Shown: positions 48,058-61,700 of the stretch, one piece after another
Layout: each line of letters starts with the position of its first letter
Position numbering within the stretch: the stretch's first letter is position 1
Assembly (NCBI RefSeq): GCF_002113885.1
Contig: NW_018403525.1
Location: 5,894-69,893 of the forward strand
Direction: 5' to 3'
DNA length: 64,000 nucleotides
Origin: Mizuhopecten yessoensis
Lineage: Eukaryota
Position numbers and translations under genes: made by a program
Notes under the pieces: generated by a model
What the model saw: the letters and a program-made list of their open reading frames with translations, nothing else
Databases searched by the model: none
Told to the model about the DNA's origin: nothing

Positions 48058-48749
48058 CAGTCCGCTGATCACCACGGTTGAATGCACAGGCCAGCTGGTG
48101 ACCGTGAATCAGCGTCCTAACATTGACACATCTTTACAAAGAATACGTACCAATACAATGCTTGACCAATCGCGTGATTGATGATCGATGACACATCATC
48201 GAAGGAAAACAACGGACCGGTATGCGAACACTAAACCATTGTTCAATATCTAACCGAAAAGAGTTCGTGTGTTTCCGTAATAATCGGAAACACCCGACGG
48301 CTAACGGAAATACACGACTGGACGAGTCAAGGCCATTTATCTCAATCAAGGTTCATTTGACAGCCGGCCTTGTCTTCATAGCGACATTAATAGTGAGCAT
48401 CGTCGGGCTGTTTTTGCTATGACTTTGGTCAGTCATAAAAATCACAAAGACTTATGTGAATTCACCGGAATCCTCTGAGGCCATAGAACGCTACTTTCGG
48501 TCACGAGAAACGTCGGTGCCGCTTGTCTCTGAAGAAAAGTTTAACATATTCCGCAAAAATATGCATCAAAACTGAAGAGAAAATCCGGCACTTGATGAAA
48601 TATTGTACTTATTTCAAACGAGCGGCTGATTAATCATCGGTTTGGAACATGGACACTTTAATGCTGTAATACGATCGGAACCATGACAACCTGTTAAAAC
48701 TTAGAACTATAGACTGTTTTTATTTTGTTACGTATTTAAACATAATTCA

Positions 48750-48971
48750 ATGGAAGTGGATGGAATCAGAACCTCACTGACAAAGTTTAAATGTCGGATG
48801 GCATTGTGGATATTAATGTTGGTGGTCGCTCTATTTTTACCGGGTGGAGTATTTGCTAACCATAGACCCTCCATTGATGAACGGAACGGGATCAGTGCAC
48901 GTGACAGCGGCGCAAATACCCGGATGTCGAGTAGAAATACCCGAAATAGAAGTGGATCCCAACCTGCAGCG
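48750..48971 (+). CDS. Signal-peptide exon of a large secreted low-complexity protein
   Basis: MALWILMLVVALFLPGGVFA hydrophobic leader followed by R/S/N-rich residues. Phase-0 donor GCG|GTAGGT matches the phase-0 acceptor at 58759. Confidence 0.7.
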
Positions 48972-51900
48972 GTAGGTATTTCAGGATTATATTAAAAAGT
49001 TAATTCGTTTGTTTGACGTTAAAAACATAAATCATGTAAATGTTATTCGGTTTAGGAATACAATGTAGATATAGGTGAGATTGTATAAGGTATTTGAGAT
49101 CGAAGTTGAATAAAGGAAATATTAATTAAGATTAAACCTGTACACAAATTCAAAAAGTTATAAATTCTGGCTGGCAGGATCGTAAGTACATTGTAGGCAG
49201 GATTCTGACAGACCTTAAGTTTAATCACTCTCCTCTGATCAGAGATACAACAGGTGTATAACACATCGCCTTTGCCTGTATATACGTCTATATATATATC
49301 CTGTATGCCTGTATCTCAAATCTCGCGAGTCTCACGACTGTGATGGGTGTCAGGGGTTATGTCTATGTATTCCGTCTTTAATGTATGCATTTTTGTTATC
49401 ATTTTTATCGTTTTTTAAATAATTGATAAATTCAGAAAAATAATGATCTATTGACATATTCTAAGTATGACCCAAATTTTAAATGCAATGTTGACTCATG
49501 TCAGTAAATATATGGACAAAAAGTTAGTGTCTTCATTTCATTTTAATGCTTTATATTGAAATCAATAAAACGAATGCATACTTTCAGATCTACTTTAACG
49601 GTAAACAAAATCGCTTTTGGGGATATATTCCATATTTTCATTCTAAACTGCATGAATGAGATACAGGTTAAACAAGACGGGTATGCTCCATACAAACTTC
49701 AAATATGAAAATTACAAGTTTAATTGAATGTAAGGAATTCTATAAATGAGAAATAAGTATCTTTAATTTTCTCGTAGCTTTATTTCAAGAAAAACAATAA
49801 TAATGAAAGATATTTTTTTTCGAGAAGTTGGTGTCCATTTATAGACATCGTTCTGTTTATTGTCAATAAATCTGTACTCCAGTCCTATTATATAAACCTG
49901 TTTGTATGCAGTGTACTGAACACATCTAGATATCACACTGGGGGACAATACGTCAAAGATCATATTATTTTACGTCGCAAACATATTTCAATCTTAACAT
50001 TGACATCGTAATTAGCATGAAGACACACAATACATCACAAAAGAAACGCTATATCTTATTATGACACCTACATCAGTTATAAGTTTAAATAAAGAAAACA
50101 ACAAACGTGGTTATATACCCGTTACAGTTGGGAATCAAGAAAGAGGTCCTTGTGGTTTTCAAAATGTTTGGTGAGAGAGGGGGGATCGAGTGGTTGTTCC
50201 CAAATAGGGGATTTCAAAATTAATATAATGTGAAAAACTTTTGACTTACATTTTTTTTAAAAATAAGATTAAAAAATAGAAAAGCAAATGAAATATAGAT
50301 ATAGCACATCTTTTGTTAGCAGCCTTTGTTTCGCCCTCACTCACTAACCACCTTATCTATGACCCGGGGCTCTTTCACTCCACATCTGTTTTCATAAATA
50401 CATATACATAATATCTGGATCTCTTAACGATGACGTTTTATAGTTAAATAATTATCTAATACTACTTTGTACTTCGTCCGAACATGTGAAGTTACATACA
50501 GTTGGTCTATCCAGAAAAACCGTCCTGTCCGGAGGATTGAAACTGTCATTGTCAAATAAATTCCGTTCACACATTCATACTATAGGGGCTCGTCATTCTG
50601 TCAAGACAATAACGTAAAATTCAGATATAATTCGCTATTTACGTAAACAAATTAAAAAGATTTCGGGAATTAATATATAAACCTGTAATATAAAATGAAA
50701 AATAAGTCCAAAGAATGATAGTTCTTGGTAAATAAAGCATACAAGCCCTGGGAAATCTAGGGCCTGTGATTGTCCTTACTGACTGAATTGTTGAAGAGCC
50801 GTAAAACTGTCCAAACAAAAAAAGGTTCTGGAAATATAAAAAGAAAAAAAGAAAAATACTTGAAATAAAAACTCTGGGTCTGGGGAAAAAATCGAAGTCA
50901 TTAAATATGATTATACCATACTAAAATCCCTAGAAATAAGACTTGATACCCCCTGAACTTAAACATATGTCGTGGTAAGTGCTTATAAAACGTACGTTCC
51001 AGGCAATAGAAAGGAAAACATCATAGAAGTTCCGGGAAATGTAGGTAGAGTGACAAAATCATAGAAGTTTCGGAAAATGTAGGTAGAGTGACAAAATCAT
51101 AGAAGTTTTAAAAAATATAATTTCCCGGAAGGAATCCTACAATTTTAGGGAAACTTAATTAAGTTAATGTATATAACTCTTTGTAAGAACAAAAGTGCAG
51201 GAAAATTTAGGTCATTGAAAAGAATTAGATAAGTCAAATTAAAGTTGAATTAAATCCGTAATAATTCAAATATCTAAGTTCCTGGAAAAGATAAATTCTT
51301 GTAAATAGAATGTATTTGATATCACATAAAGTTACACAAAGAGATATGTTTGTATTTCATCGAGGACCATAGACATTCTTTCTGGCTCTGCCACGGACAT
51401 GGAAACTGATGATAATTTTTATTTGGCATGAAACATGAAAGACGTCAAAAATGCAACTAAGTACCGCCGAATTAAGACAAACATCTGGAATTAATGTCAT
51501 ATGTTCTTAAAGATAAAATCAAATCAAACACATGGTGGAAAGAACAAAGCTGACAAAGGGTTACAAAATGTAACACCTAAGGTCACTCTTGGCTAGGAGG
51601 GCACGCTCCTCTCCGACGGTGTGTTACGTCATCTGCCGGGATTGTCCGATAAGTTCCGATCACATGTCACGACACGTTAATTATTATATACAAACATGGA
51701 GTAACACCAACAATGCACGCTTACCTTTGTGTCAATGACGTAATCAACAACATGACCCATTCATACCTGCCGTTATCGTCAATGACGGACTGACACGCAG
51801 AAATCATTACGTACACCACAAGGATCAGTGACGTAATCACTAGATATTATGACAGATGGAATTGTCAGACCTGTTGCACGTACTGACCAAATGAGCGTTC

Positions 51901-52487
51901 CCCGTAATGAATTCAGCGGGATGATATTTCTTAGTTTATGTTATACCTTCAAGGAAAACATTCTTTTTGAAATGTTTTTATGTAGATGTGCATTTTAACT
52001 TACTATAGACCCGACATTTCTAGTCGATTTAAACATATTTTATTGATATAATCAAATGAATTGGGCACAAGTAATAACAACATATAGAAGCCCTCTCCTC
52101 AACTATAATATTACATTGACAGTGATAGCGACATATACCAATCAAAATAATTGTATGAAAACAAGGAACATAGAAGAAAAAATATAAAAAAATAAAAAGA
52201 GAGTTTCGAAAGACAGAAGAGATCAAAGAGATGAGCAGAGTATATTTCGAATGATACAAAAGGTTCATTCAAAGTACGAATATTTTGAAACTACTTAACC
52301 TTAAACTACTGCATGGCACGCACTAGCTACACATTCTTTTCACATCAGCTATTCGTTTGTCCATATAAAACACATTCCTTAGAATCTTTCCTGGAGTCAT
52401 TCCTGTTCCTTCTAGGTAACATAACAAAGTGCCATGCAGCGGAATTATTTCAATTTGAAAACCTTTCTAGTTAACTGTTATCATCAA

Positions 52488-55400
52488 GTCTACTGGAGGA
52501 TCGTACAATCAGTTATTACAGGCTGCTGGAGGATCGTACAATCAGTAATTACAGGCTGCTGGAGGATCGTACAATCAGTTATTACAGGCTGCTGGAGGAT
52601 CGTACAATCAGTTATTACAGGCTGCTGGAGGATCGTACAATCAGTTATTACAGGCTGCTGGAGGATCGTACAATCAGTTATTACAGTCTGCTGGAGGATC
52701 GTACAATCAGTTATTACAGTCTGCTGGAGGATCGTACAATCAGTTATTACAGTCTGCTGGAGGATCGTACAATCAGTTATTACAGGCTGCTGGAGGATCG
52801 TACAATCAGTTATTACAGGCTGCTGGAGGATCGTACAATCAGTTATTACAGTCTGCTGGAGGATCGTACAATCAGTTATTACAGTCTGCTGGAGGATCGT
52901 ACAATCAGTTATTACAGTCTGCTGGAGGATCGTACAATCAGTTATTACAGGCTGCTGGAGGATCGTACAATCAGTTATTACAGTCTGCTGGAGGATCGTA
53001 CAATCAGTTATTACAGTCTGCTGGAGGATCGTACAATCAGTTATTACAGTCTGCTGGAGGATCGTACAATCAGTTATTACAGGCTGCTGGAGGATCGTAC
53101 AATCAGTTATTACAGTCTGCTGGAGGATCGTACAATCAGTTATTACAGTCTGCTGGAGGATCGTACAATCAGTTATTACAGGCTGCTGGAGGATCGTACA
53201 ATCAGTTATTACAGTCTGCTGGAGGATCGTACAATCAGTTATTACAGTCTGCTGGAGGATCGTACAATCAGTTATTACAGTCTGCTGGAGGATCGTACAA
53301 TCAGTTATTACAGGCTGCTGGAGGATCGTACAATCAGTTATTACAGTCTGCTGGAGGATCGTACAATCAGTAATCACAGGCTCCTGGAGGATCGTACAGT
53401 CAGTTATTACAGTCTGCTGGAGGATCGGACAGTCAGTTATTACAGTCTGCTGGAGGATCTTACAGTCAGTTATTACAGTCTGCTGGAGGATCGGACAGTC
53501 AGTTATTACAGTCTGCTGGAGGATCTTACAATCAGTTATTACAGTCTGCTGGACGATCGTACAGTCAGTTATTACAGTCTGCTGGAGTATCGTACAGTCA
53601 GTTATTACAGTCTGCTGGAGTATCGTACAGTCAGTTATTACAGTCTGCTGGAGGGTCGTACAATCAGTTATTACAGGCTGTTGGAGGATCGTACATTCAG
53701 TTATTACAGTCTGCTGGAGGATCGTACAATCGGTTATTACAGGCTGCTGGAGGATCGTACAATCAATTATTACAGTCTGCTGGAGGATCGTACAATCAGG
53801 TATTACAGTCTGCTGGAGGATCGTCCAATCAGTTATTACAGTCTGCTGGAGGATCGTACAATCGGTTATTACAGGCTGCTGGAGGATCGTACAATCAAGT
53901 ATTACAGTCTGCTCGAGGATCGTACAATCAGTTATTACAGGCTGTTGGAGGATCGTACTGTCAGTTATTACAGTCAGCTGGAGGATCGTACAGTCAGTTA
54001 TTACAGTCTTCTGGAGGATCGTACAATCAGTAATCACAGGCTCCTGGAGGATCGTACAGTCAGTTATTACAGTCTGCTGGACGATCGTACAGTCAGTTAT
54101 TACAGTCTGCTGGGGGACCGTACACTCAGTTATTACAGTCTACTGGAGGATCGTACAATCAGTTATTACAGGCTCCTGGAGGATCGTACAATCAGTTATT
54201 ACGGTCTGCTGGAGGATCGTACAATCAGTTATTAGAGGCTGCTGGGGGATCGTACAATCAGTTATTACAGGCTGCTGAAGGATCGTACAATCAGTTATTT
54301 CAGGCTGCTGGAGGATCGTACAATCAGTTATAACAGGCTGCTGGAGGATCGTACAATCAGTTAATACAGGCTGCTGGAGGATCGTACAATCAGTTATTTC
54401 AGTCTGCTGGAGGATCGTACAATCAGTTATTACAGTCTCCTGGAGGATCGTACAATCAGTTATTACAGGCTGTTGGAGGATCGTACTGTCAGTTATTAAA
54501 GTCTGCTGGAGGATCGTACAGTCAGTTATTACAGTCAGCTGGAGGATCGTACAGTCAGTTATTACAGTCTTCTGGAGGATCGTACAATCAGTAATCACAG
54601 GCTCCTGGAGGATCGTACAGTCAGTTATTACAGTCAGCTGGAGGATCGTACAGTCAGTTATTACAGTCAGCTGGAGGATCGTACAGTCAGTTATTACAGT
54701 CAGCTGGAGGATCGTACAGTCAGTTATTACAGTCAGCTGGAGGATCGTACAGTCAGTTATTACAGTCAGCTGGAGGATCGTACAGTCAGTTATTACAGTC
54801 AGCTGGAGGATCGTACAGTCAGTTATTACAGTCAGCTGGAGGATCGTACAGTCAGTTATTACAGTCTTCTGGAGGATCGTACAGTCAGTTATTACAGTCT
54901 TCTGGAGGATCGTACAGTCAGTTATTACAGTCTTCTGGAGGATCGTACAGTCAGTTATTACAGTCTTCTGGAGGATCGTACAATCAGTAATCACAGGCTC
55001 CTGGAGGATCGTACACTCAGTTATTACAGTCTGTTTGAGGATCGTACAATCAGTTATTACAGGCTGCGGGAGGATCGTACATTCAGTTATTACAGGCTGC
55101 TGGAGGATCGTACAGTCAGTTATTACAGGCTGCTTGATGATCGTACAATCAGTTATTACAGTCTGCTGGGGGATCGTACAATCAGTTATTACAGTCTGCT
55201 GGACGACCGTACAATCAGTTATTACAGTCTGCTGGAGGGTCGTACAATCAGTTATTACAGGCTGTTGGAGGATCGTACTGTCAGTTATTACAGTCTGCTG
55301 GAGGATCGGACAGTCAGTTATTACAGTCTGCTGGAGGATCGTACAATCAGTTATTACAGGCTGTTGGAGGATCGTACTGTCAGTTATTACAGTCTGCTGG

Positions 55401-56256
55401 AGGATCGTACAGTCAGTTATTACAGTCTGCTGGAGGATCGTACAGTCAGTTATTACAGGCTGCTGGAGGATCGTACATTCAAGTATTACAGTCTGCTGGA
55501 GGATCGTACAATCAGTTATTACGGTCTGCTGGAGGATCGTACAATCAGTTATTACAGCCTGCTGGAGGATCGTACTATCAGTTATTACAGGCTGCTGGAG
55601 GATCGTTAAATCAAGAATTACAGTCTGCTGGAGGATCGTACAATCAGGTATTACAGTCTGCTGGAGGATCGTACAATCAGTTATTACAGTCTGCTGGAGG
55701 ATCGTACAATCAGTTATTACAGCCTGTTGGAGGATCGTACTATCAGTTATTACAGGCTGCTGGAGGATCGTACAATCAGTTATTACAGGCTGTTGGAGGA
55801 TCGTACAATCAGTTATTACAGTCTGCGGGAGGATTGTACAATCAGTTATTACAGGCTGCGGGAGGATCGTACATTCAGTTATTACAGGCTGCTGGAGGAT
55901 CGTACAATCAGTTATTACAGTCTGCGGGAGGATTGTACAATCAGTTATTACAGTCTGTTGGAGGATCGTACATTCAGTTATTACAGGCTGCTGGAGGATC
56001 GTACTGTCAGTTATTACAGACTGCTGGAGGATCGTACTGTCAGTTATTACAGCCTGCTGGAGGATCGTACAATCAGTTATTACAGTCTGCTGGAGGATCG
56101 TACACTCAGTTATTACAGTCTGTTGGAGGATCGTACAATCAGTTATTACAGGCTGCTGGGGGATCGTACACTCAGTTATTACAGGCTGCTGGAGGATCGT
56201 ACAATCAGTTATTACAGTCTGCTGGAGGATCGTACAATCAGTTATTACAGACTGCT
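52488..56256. repeat. 33-bp intronic minisatellite (about 114 copies)
   Basis: Unit CTGGAGGATCGTACAATCAGTTATTACAG(G/T)CTG. Confidence 0.97.
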
Positions 56257-56780
56257 TGTGGATGCCGGGGCAATACTAACTACTATTTAATATCTTTACA
56301 TGTTAGGCCTTAAGTCCTTAAGATCCAGGACATTCAAATACTACAATACAAAATACAATTAAATGATCAAGGTGAAAATATATGTATACATATTTATATT
56401 AACCGAATGCGCCGCTAAAAGAAAATCTGCAGATATTTAACTAGAGTGTAGCTCTTACAAATTGTTTCATGTAATACTATAGGTGAATGGACACATTTTA
56501 AAGGCTACATTTGAAATCATTTCTGAAGGGAAATGTTAAAATATACTGAAAAATGGTAACACACTATAGCCCTGGTTTCCTAAAAGACAATACAACCTCT
56601 ATCATCCAATAGTATTGTTATATCTCCTATTATTCATAGAATATTGTCTGCACTCAAAAGTGTATATAAATGTAACAAGACTATACTTAACAGGTCCCAT
56701 TATACTACATGCAATATCTACAAACTTGAAGTCAAAACGGCGTTAAATAAATGGGGGTAATTATAGTTGAAGAAATCTCA

Positions 56781-56968
56781 ATTCCGTCTTTGCGTGTTGC
56801 AGAGTTATCTTCTCTTGTGAGCAGGTATTGATTGTTACGTCATTGGTTTGTAAGAGTAACGTCATCAATTTTTGAGAAAACGACATAATTTTCTCACACA
56901 AACCAATGACGTAACAATCAATACCTGCTCACAAGAGAAGATAACTCTGCAATACGCAAAGACGGAAT
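56781..56968. mobile_element. Foldback MITE with near-perfect ~70-bp arms
   Basis: ATTCCGTCTTTGCG...ACGTCATTGGTTTGT followed by its reverse complement. Confidence 0.8.
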
Positions 56969-57049
56969 AGGACCAGGCAAACAGCAATGTCTGTTTATTG
57001 TATAAAGTATACTATGTAAAATTTTCATTCGCTCCCATTGAAGCTGTGT

Positions 57050-57435
57050 AAACCGTGACTGCGTATACATTACCGTATACGCAGTGAGATTTCTTGGAGA
57101 CCATCGTTTCCTATTGATGACGTAATTTACATTGTGACGTCATAATGGTAACGTTGGATCCATCGCTGCTCGCAGGCTGTAGGCTGTTCATTTGTTTGGA
57201 TTTACACAAGTTACGGAAGCTTTGTACCATTATAAAAGCAAATGTATTGGAGTTAGCTTTATTCTGAGTGTATCATCATAGTACGAAAATATGTAAATAA
57301 AAGAATTGATCTTCAGTTTGACTGCGTATACGGTAGTTCTTTATGGAGCGCTAACGCGCTCCTTAGAATATGTTCGTTGCCAACTGTGTTCATACTACCG
57401 TATACGCAGTCAAAATGAAGGTCAATCCTTAAATG
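57050..57435. mobile_element. Palindromic non-autonomous element (Crypton-like, tentative)
   Basis: TTGACTGCGTATACGGTAG / CTACCGTATACGCAGTCAA inverted pair, with a CAATCCTTAAAT end. Confidence 0.4.
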
Positions 57436-58049
57436 TATTGAGGTCCTTAAATAATAACAAATATATAGAATATTTGCAAACAACGCCGTTTCCTAAGTTC
57501 CTACCCTTATTTACTTTATGGTTCATACACGTCAATTTAAAAAAAAAGCATTTATGGATTATTTTTTTCTATTTACTGTGTTGGAATATATACTGATTGA
57601 GATATCTATACGTTTATTGCTGGTTTGGCGGGCTTTGAAAATAAAAATGTCTATGATTTTGTACGACAGATAATAAAAGGAAAGGCACAAACAAATCTGT
57701 GACCATTCCTTATGCGCTTCTGGTAGTAGCCTTTCAGTTATAAAATACTCAATCAAAGTCACATTGACGTTTGTTTTATTACATTCTGCCAATAAGTATC
57801 AGATAGTATTATTCACATCGATTGACATAAGACACCAGCTAGGCGCCGAGTAGACACGACGGACGGTTGTTATTAATATGTATGTTAGCAGGTGCAGATA
57901 AAATAGAACATGATGTAGCGAAAATCAAACTTCGTATGTTGGGCTATGACCTATATACATAATCTCAATCAGACAAGCGTTTAATTGAAATGACCAAACA
58001 TTAGTTGTCTCATGAGGCAGAGTAATTATTATAATTAAATATTTTAGTT

Positions 58050-58400
58050 TATTTAAGGATTAAATTGAATATATTTCTTATGTTATGGAGGTATAACACA
58101 AAAACCCCGAAGTGTACTCTAAATAAACCGCGAAGCGGTTTATGATTAGTGTACACTCCGTTTTTTTTCTGTTATAACTCCATAACATAAAGAATATATT
58201 TAAGTCAATCCTTATAATTTAATTTACTATACACAATCCCTGCGAAATCCACTTTTATTGATGGACTCTTTTTTCTTAGAAATAATTACGCCGCTGCATC
58301 AGCCAATCAAAAGCGACGCTACAAACAGCGACGTCACAAACAGCGACGTCACAAACTGCGACTTTTTTTTTTTTCGTTATGGGATGATAACATATATTTT
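58050..58400. mobile_element. Palindromic non-autonomous element (Crypton-like, tentative)
   Basis: TAAGGATT...ATGTTATGGAG...AAACCGCGAAGCGGTTT...CTCCATAACAT...AATCCTTA hairpin. Confidence 0.4.
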
Positions 58401-58759
58401 TAAGCCAATGCAAATGCTTGTTACAAGCAAGCTTAAATTATTCATTGATTTTCTGATGTAGCATTGATTAAAAAATCTCGAGCTTGTGAGAAATATTTTA
58501 ACTCTTGTCATTCGTATAAGAATCTATAAGGTTAAAAAACAAGTATCAATAGCTTACCTTGTTAGAACCGGCGTTCTGTAAAACATTTTGCAGCTTACAC
58601 TTGATACTCTTGCTTATCAACCTTCTATCTGAATAATATCTATTCAATTTTTTGTAGAAAAAGGTATATGTAGTAAATATGTAGTTTTATATATGTGTTT
58701 TTTTCTTATTTCTGAGTGGATTTCCAAGCATTATTATGAACCCTTTTGTATCTTCATAG

Positions 58760-61700
58760 AGTCCTAGCCGAGTGATTGCTACGGATCAAAGGAACCGACT
58801 GTCCGAAAGATGCGTACCAGGCCGTACATGTGACCAGTCTCTGAGCAACTCAAGGTCATCTGTCAGGACTCAAGGTCGTGCTGTCCCCACCTCCCAAGAT
58901 TCACAAAGAAGGGGATCCTCAAGGTCATCATCATTATTGTCGTCGCGTGCCAGGACGCCATCTCGATCCAGCGTGCCATCTCGTCCAAGCGTGTCATCAC
59001 GCTCTAGACCGGTTGCACGTGCCAGTGAAACATCGCGGACCAGTGTACCACCACGTAACAGAGCCATACCGCGCACATCTGTAGCCGTACGGGATCGTGT
59101 TGCGTCACGCGCTAGTGGGTTATCTCGTGCAAGTGTTCCTACTGTGTCTTCACGTGACAGTGTGGCGTTACGTTCTAGTGGGTCTTCTCGTGTAGGTGTG
59201 TCTTCTCGTACAAGAGTGCCGTCACGTGTGTCGTCACGTGCAGGTGGATCTTCACGTTCGACAAGTTCGACACGGAGTAATGTACGTAGCCCATCACCAT
59301 TAGGAGTTGCTTTGCGCAATTCGTCATCTTCATCTGGAACGTCATCGCGTGGTTCTAATCGTGCTATAACGCGTGGAACATCACGGGGGTCAACTCGAGG
59401 TTCGTCTTCAGGGGTTGGCATACCAACAAGAACGTCAGCAAGAGGGACGTCAAGAATTGCCTCCAGAGGTAGTTCTGGAGGAGTCAGCCGGGCGACATCT
59501 CGATCTAATTCGGGGAAAACATCCACACGCGGTACCACTGGTCAGAGAACAAGATCTAGCAGAGTACAACAGACACCAATACCATCGATTACAAAAAGAG
59601 TCAAAGCAGTACCAAACAGTGAACTCCGAAGTCGTTCAAATAACCGCGGCGGAAGTGCCAACCGTGGAACTGGTTCAGTAGTCAATAATGCAATGCCTCC
59701 TTCTGTAAATAGATTTTTAAACGAACTAAAATCGTCTATGCCTGGATCGGTCGGCATGGGTGTCGGAATGAGTATGGCAAACGGACCGAAACGTGCAACA
59801 AATACCAGACAGCCATCAAGAAGCAGGCCAACTTCATCTAGTGCACGTCCTGCTGCTCGTAGGGACAATGCAGTCAATCAACGCCAGACCGGAAGTAGTT
59901 CAAGGAGGATGCCATCTGACCAGAGGCTAGGAAGTCTAGGGTCGCAGCGCACGGTTTCTGTGGACAGGGTACAACCAATAATTCGGCCAACATTCCAGGA
60001 CAGTGGGATAGGAATCGATAATCAACCATTTGTAATTCGGGACAATTTACATGCAGATCCTTTTATTGCTAATGATTTTTTCATTGACCCGCAGGGTTCG
60101 TCATTGTCTGGTAATGACCAAACAAGTTTTGTTGACAATCAACGTGGAACCCCAATAGCAATCAATGACGGTTTGTCACAAAATTCGTTGGATATTCCTG
60201 TATCTGTGTCTAATATGAATCAAGGAATTATTCAAAATCTTGACCAATTTGTTCCGCATCAGCAGAACCAATTTGGCCAAGACAGCATTGTCCCACATAC
60301 CCAAATACAAAACAGTGGTTTTACCCAAGGCCAGGCGCAGCACGATCCGATTATTCGAGGAACAAGTCAGCTTTCACACGGTCAGATTATTGGTGTTCAG
60401 GACCAAGGGAGTACCGGCAGGACAAGAGGTGTTGTCGGGAACGACAATATACAACCAAATGATCAGAGAATTGTTATGGACATGCATGGGATACAAACTC
60501 AAACACGAGCAGTCGAGCCAATTATTGGTATTAACCAGAACGTGGTAAACACAGGACAAGGTCAATCAGGACAGATCCAAGGTCAATCAGTCGCCGTTGA
60601 TCCTATCATTAGAAACCATCAATTCATTCAAGGGAATACAGTGGGAAATGTATTCGGGCGAGTAAGTGTACAGAGCCAAGGTCACTCCCCGATTCAGCAG
60701 GTACAACAGCCGACTGAACAGATACCAATTCACACTTTACAGCATCAGCATCAACTGAACCAATTACCAGTGCAACAAGTATCTAGTCAAGTCCAGGCAC
60801 AAATCGTTGGAGTAAATAATCAAGTTGTTGCTGGTACACAAAGTCAGATTCCAATTGATCAGCCGACATTTATCAATAGTAACACACAGAAAGTTATTCA
60901 ACCTTTAATAGGTTCAAACACAATGCAAATTCCACAACAGCGTGTTAGCCCCCTAGCTTTGATTCCGGATATTGCCTTACATGACACGACAATGGTCCGA
61001 CAACCGACACCCCAATCCAACATCATAATGACGTCAAACAACCAGGGAGGTGTTGGCCAATCAGCAACCACGAGAGGAGGTATTGCGATACAGAACACAG
61101 CGATTAATTCTCCGATACAACACAATGGACAAGCACAACAGCACATTGGTGCACATGATCAACATCAGCAAGCTGTCGGAGTATCCCAAACCCAGTTCTT
61201 GGACCCTGTCCAAACCGTCAATCATAATCAGTTTTCCACTAGCATTAATGGTATGCAACAAAATTTTCCCATCCCTAATGCGCCAATACAAGATCATAGT
61301 CAAGTTCAAAGTCAAGTTCAAGGTCAAGGCCAAATGGTCCAGGATCAAACGGCCTTCGCAAGTTCTGGTACAATTGGTCAATTTGTTACTCCGCAACCAT
61401 TGGATCAATCACATCTTAATGCAAACAGATTCCAACATAACATAATACAAACGTCTGGCGTTATCCACCAAAATCAGAATGTCCATCCAGTGATCAGTTC
61501 ACAACTGACTGGACATCAGGGTCAAGGATCCATGTTTAGTCACAATGGAGGAATACAAATACAACAACCAATATCTCAAACGGCACACCAAGATGGCAAT
61601 GCGCATGGAGGACAAATTAATGTACAGACGCATCAAAGTGGCTCAACACAGCCGTTACATCATGCAGTCGATCACGTTAATCAACCAATAGCCGCTGGCG

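Noticed and set aside
52434-56313. Long ORFs (614, 515, 414 aa and others) on both strands
   Set aside because: By-products of a 33-bp stop-poor unit. They are open in several frames at once and broken by variant stops.
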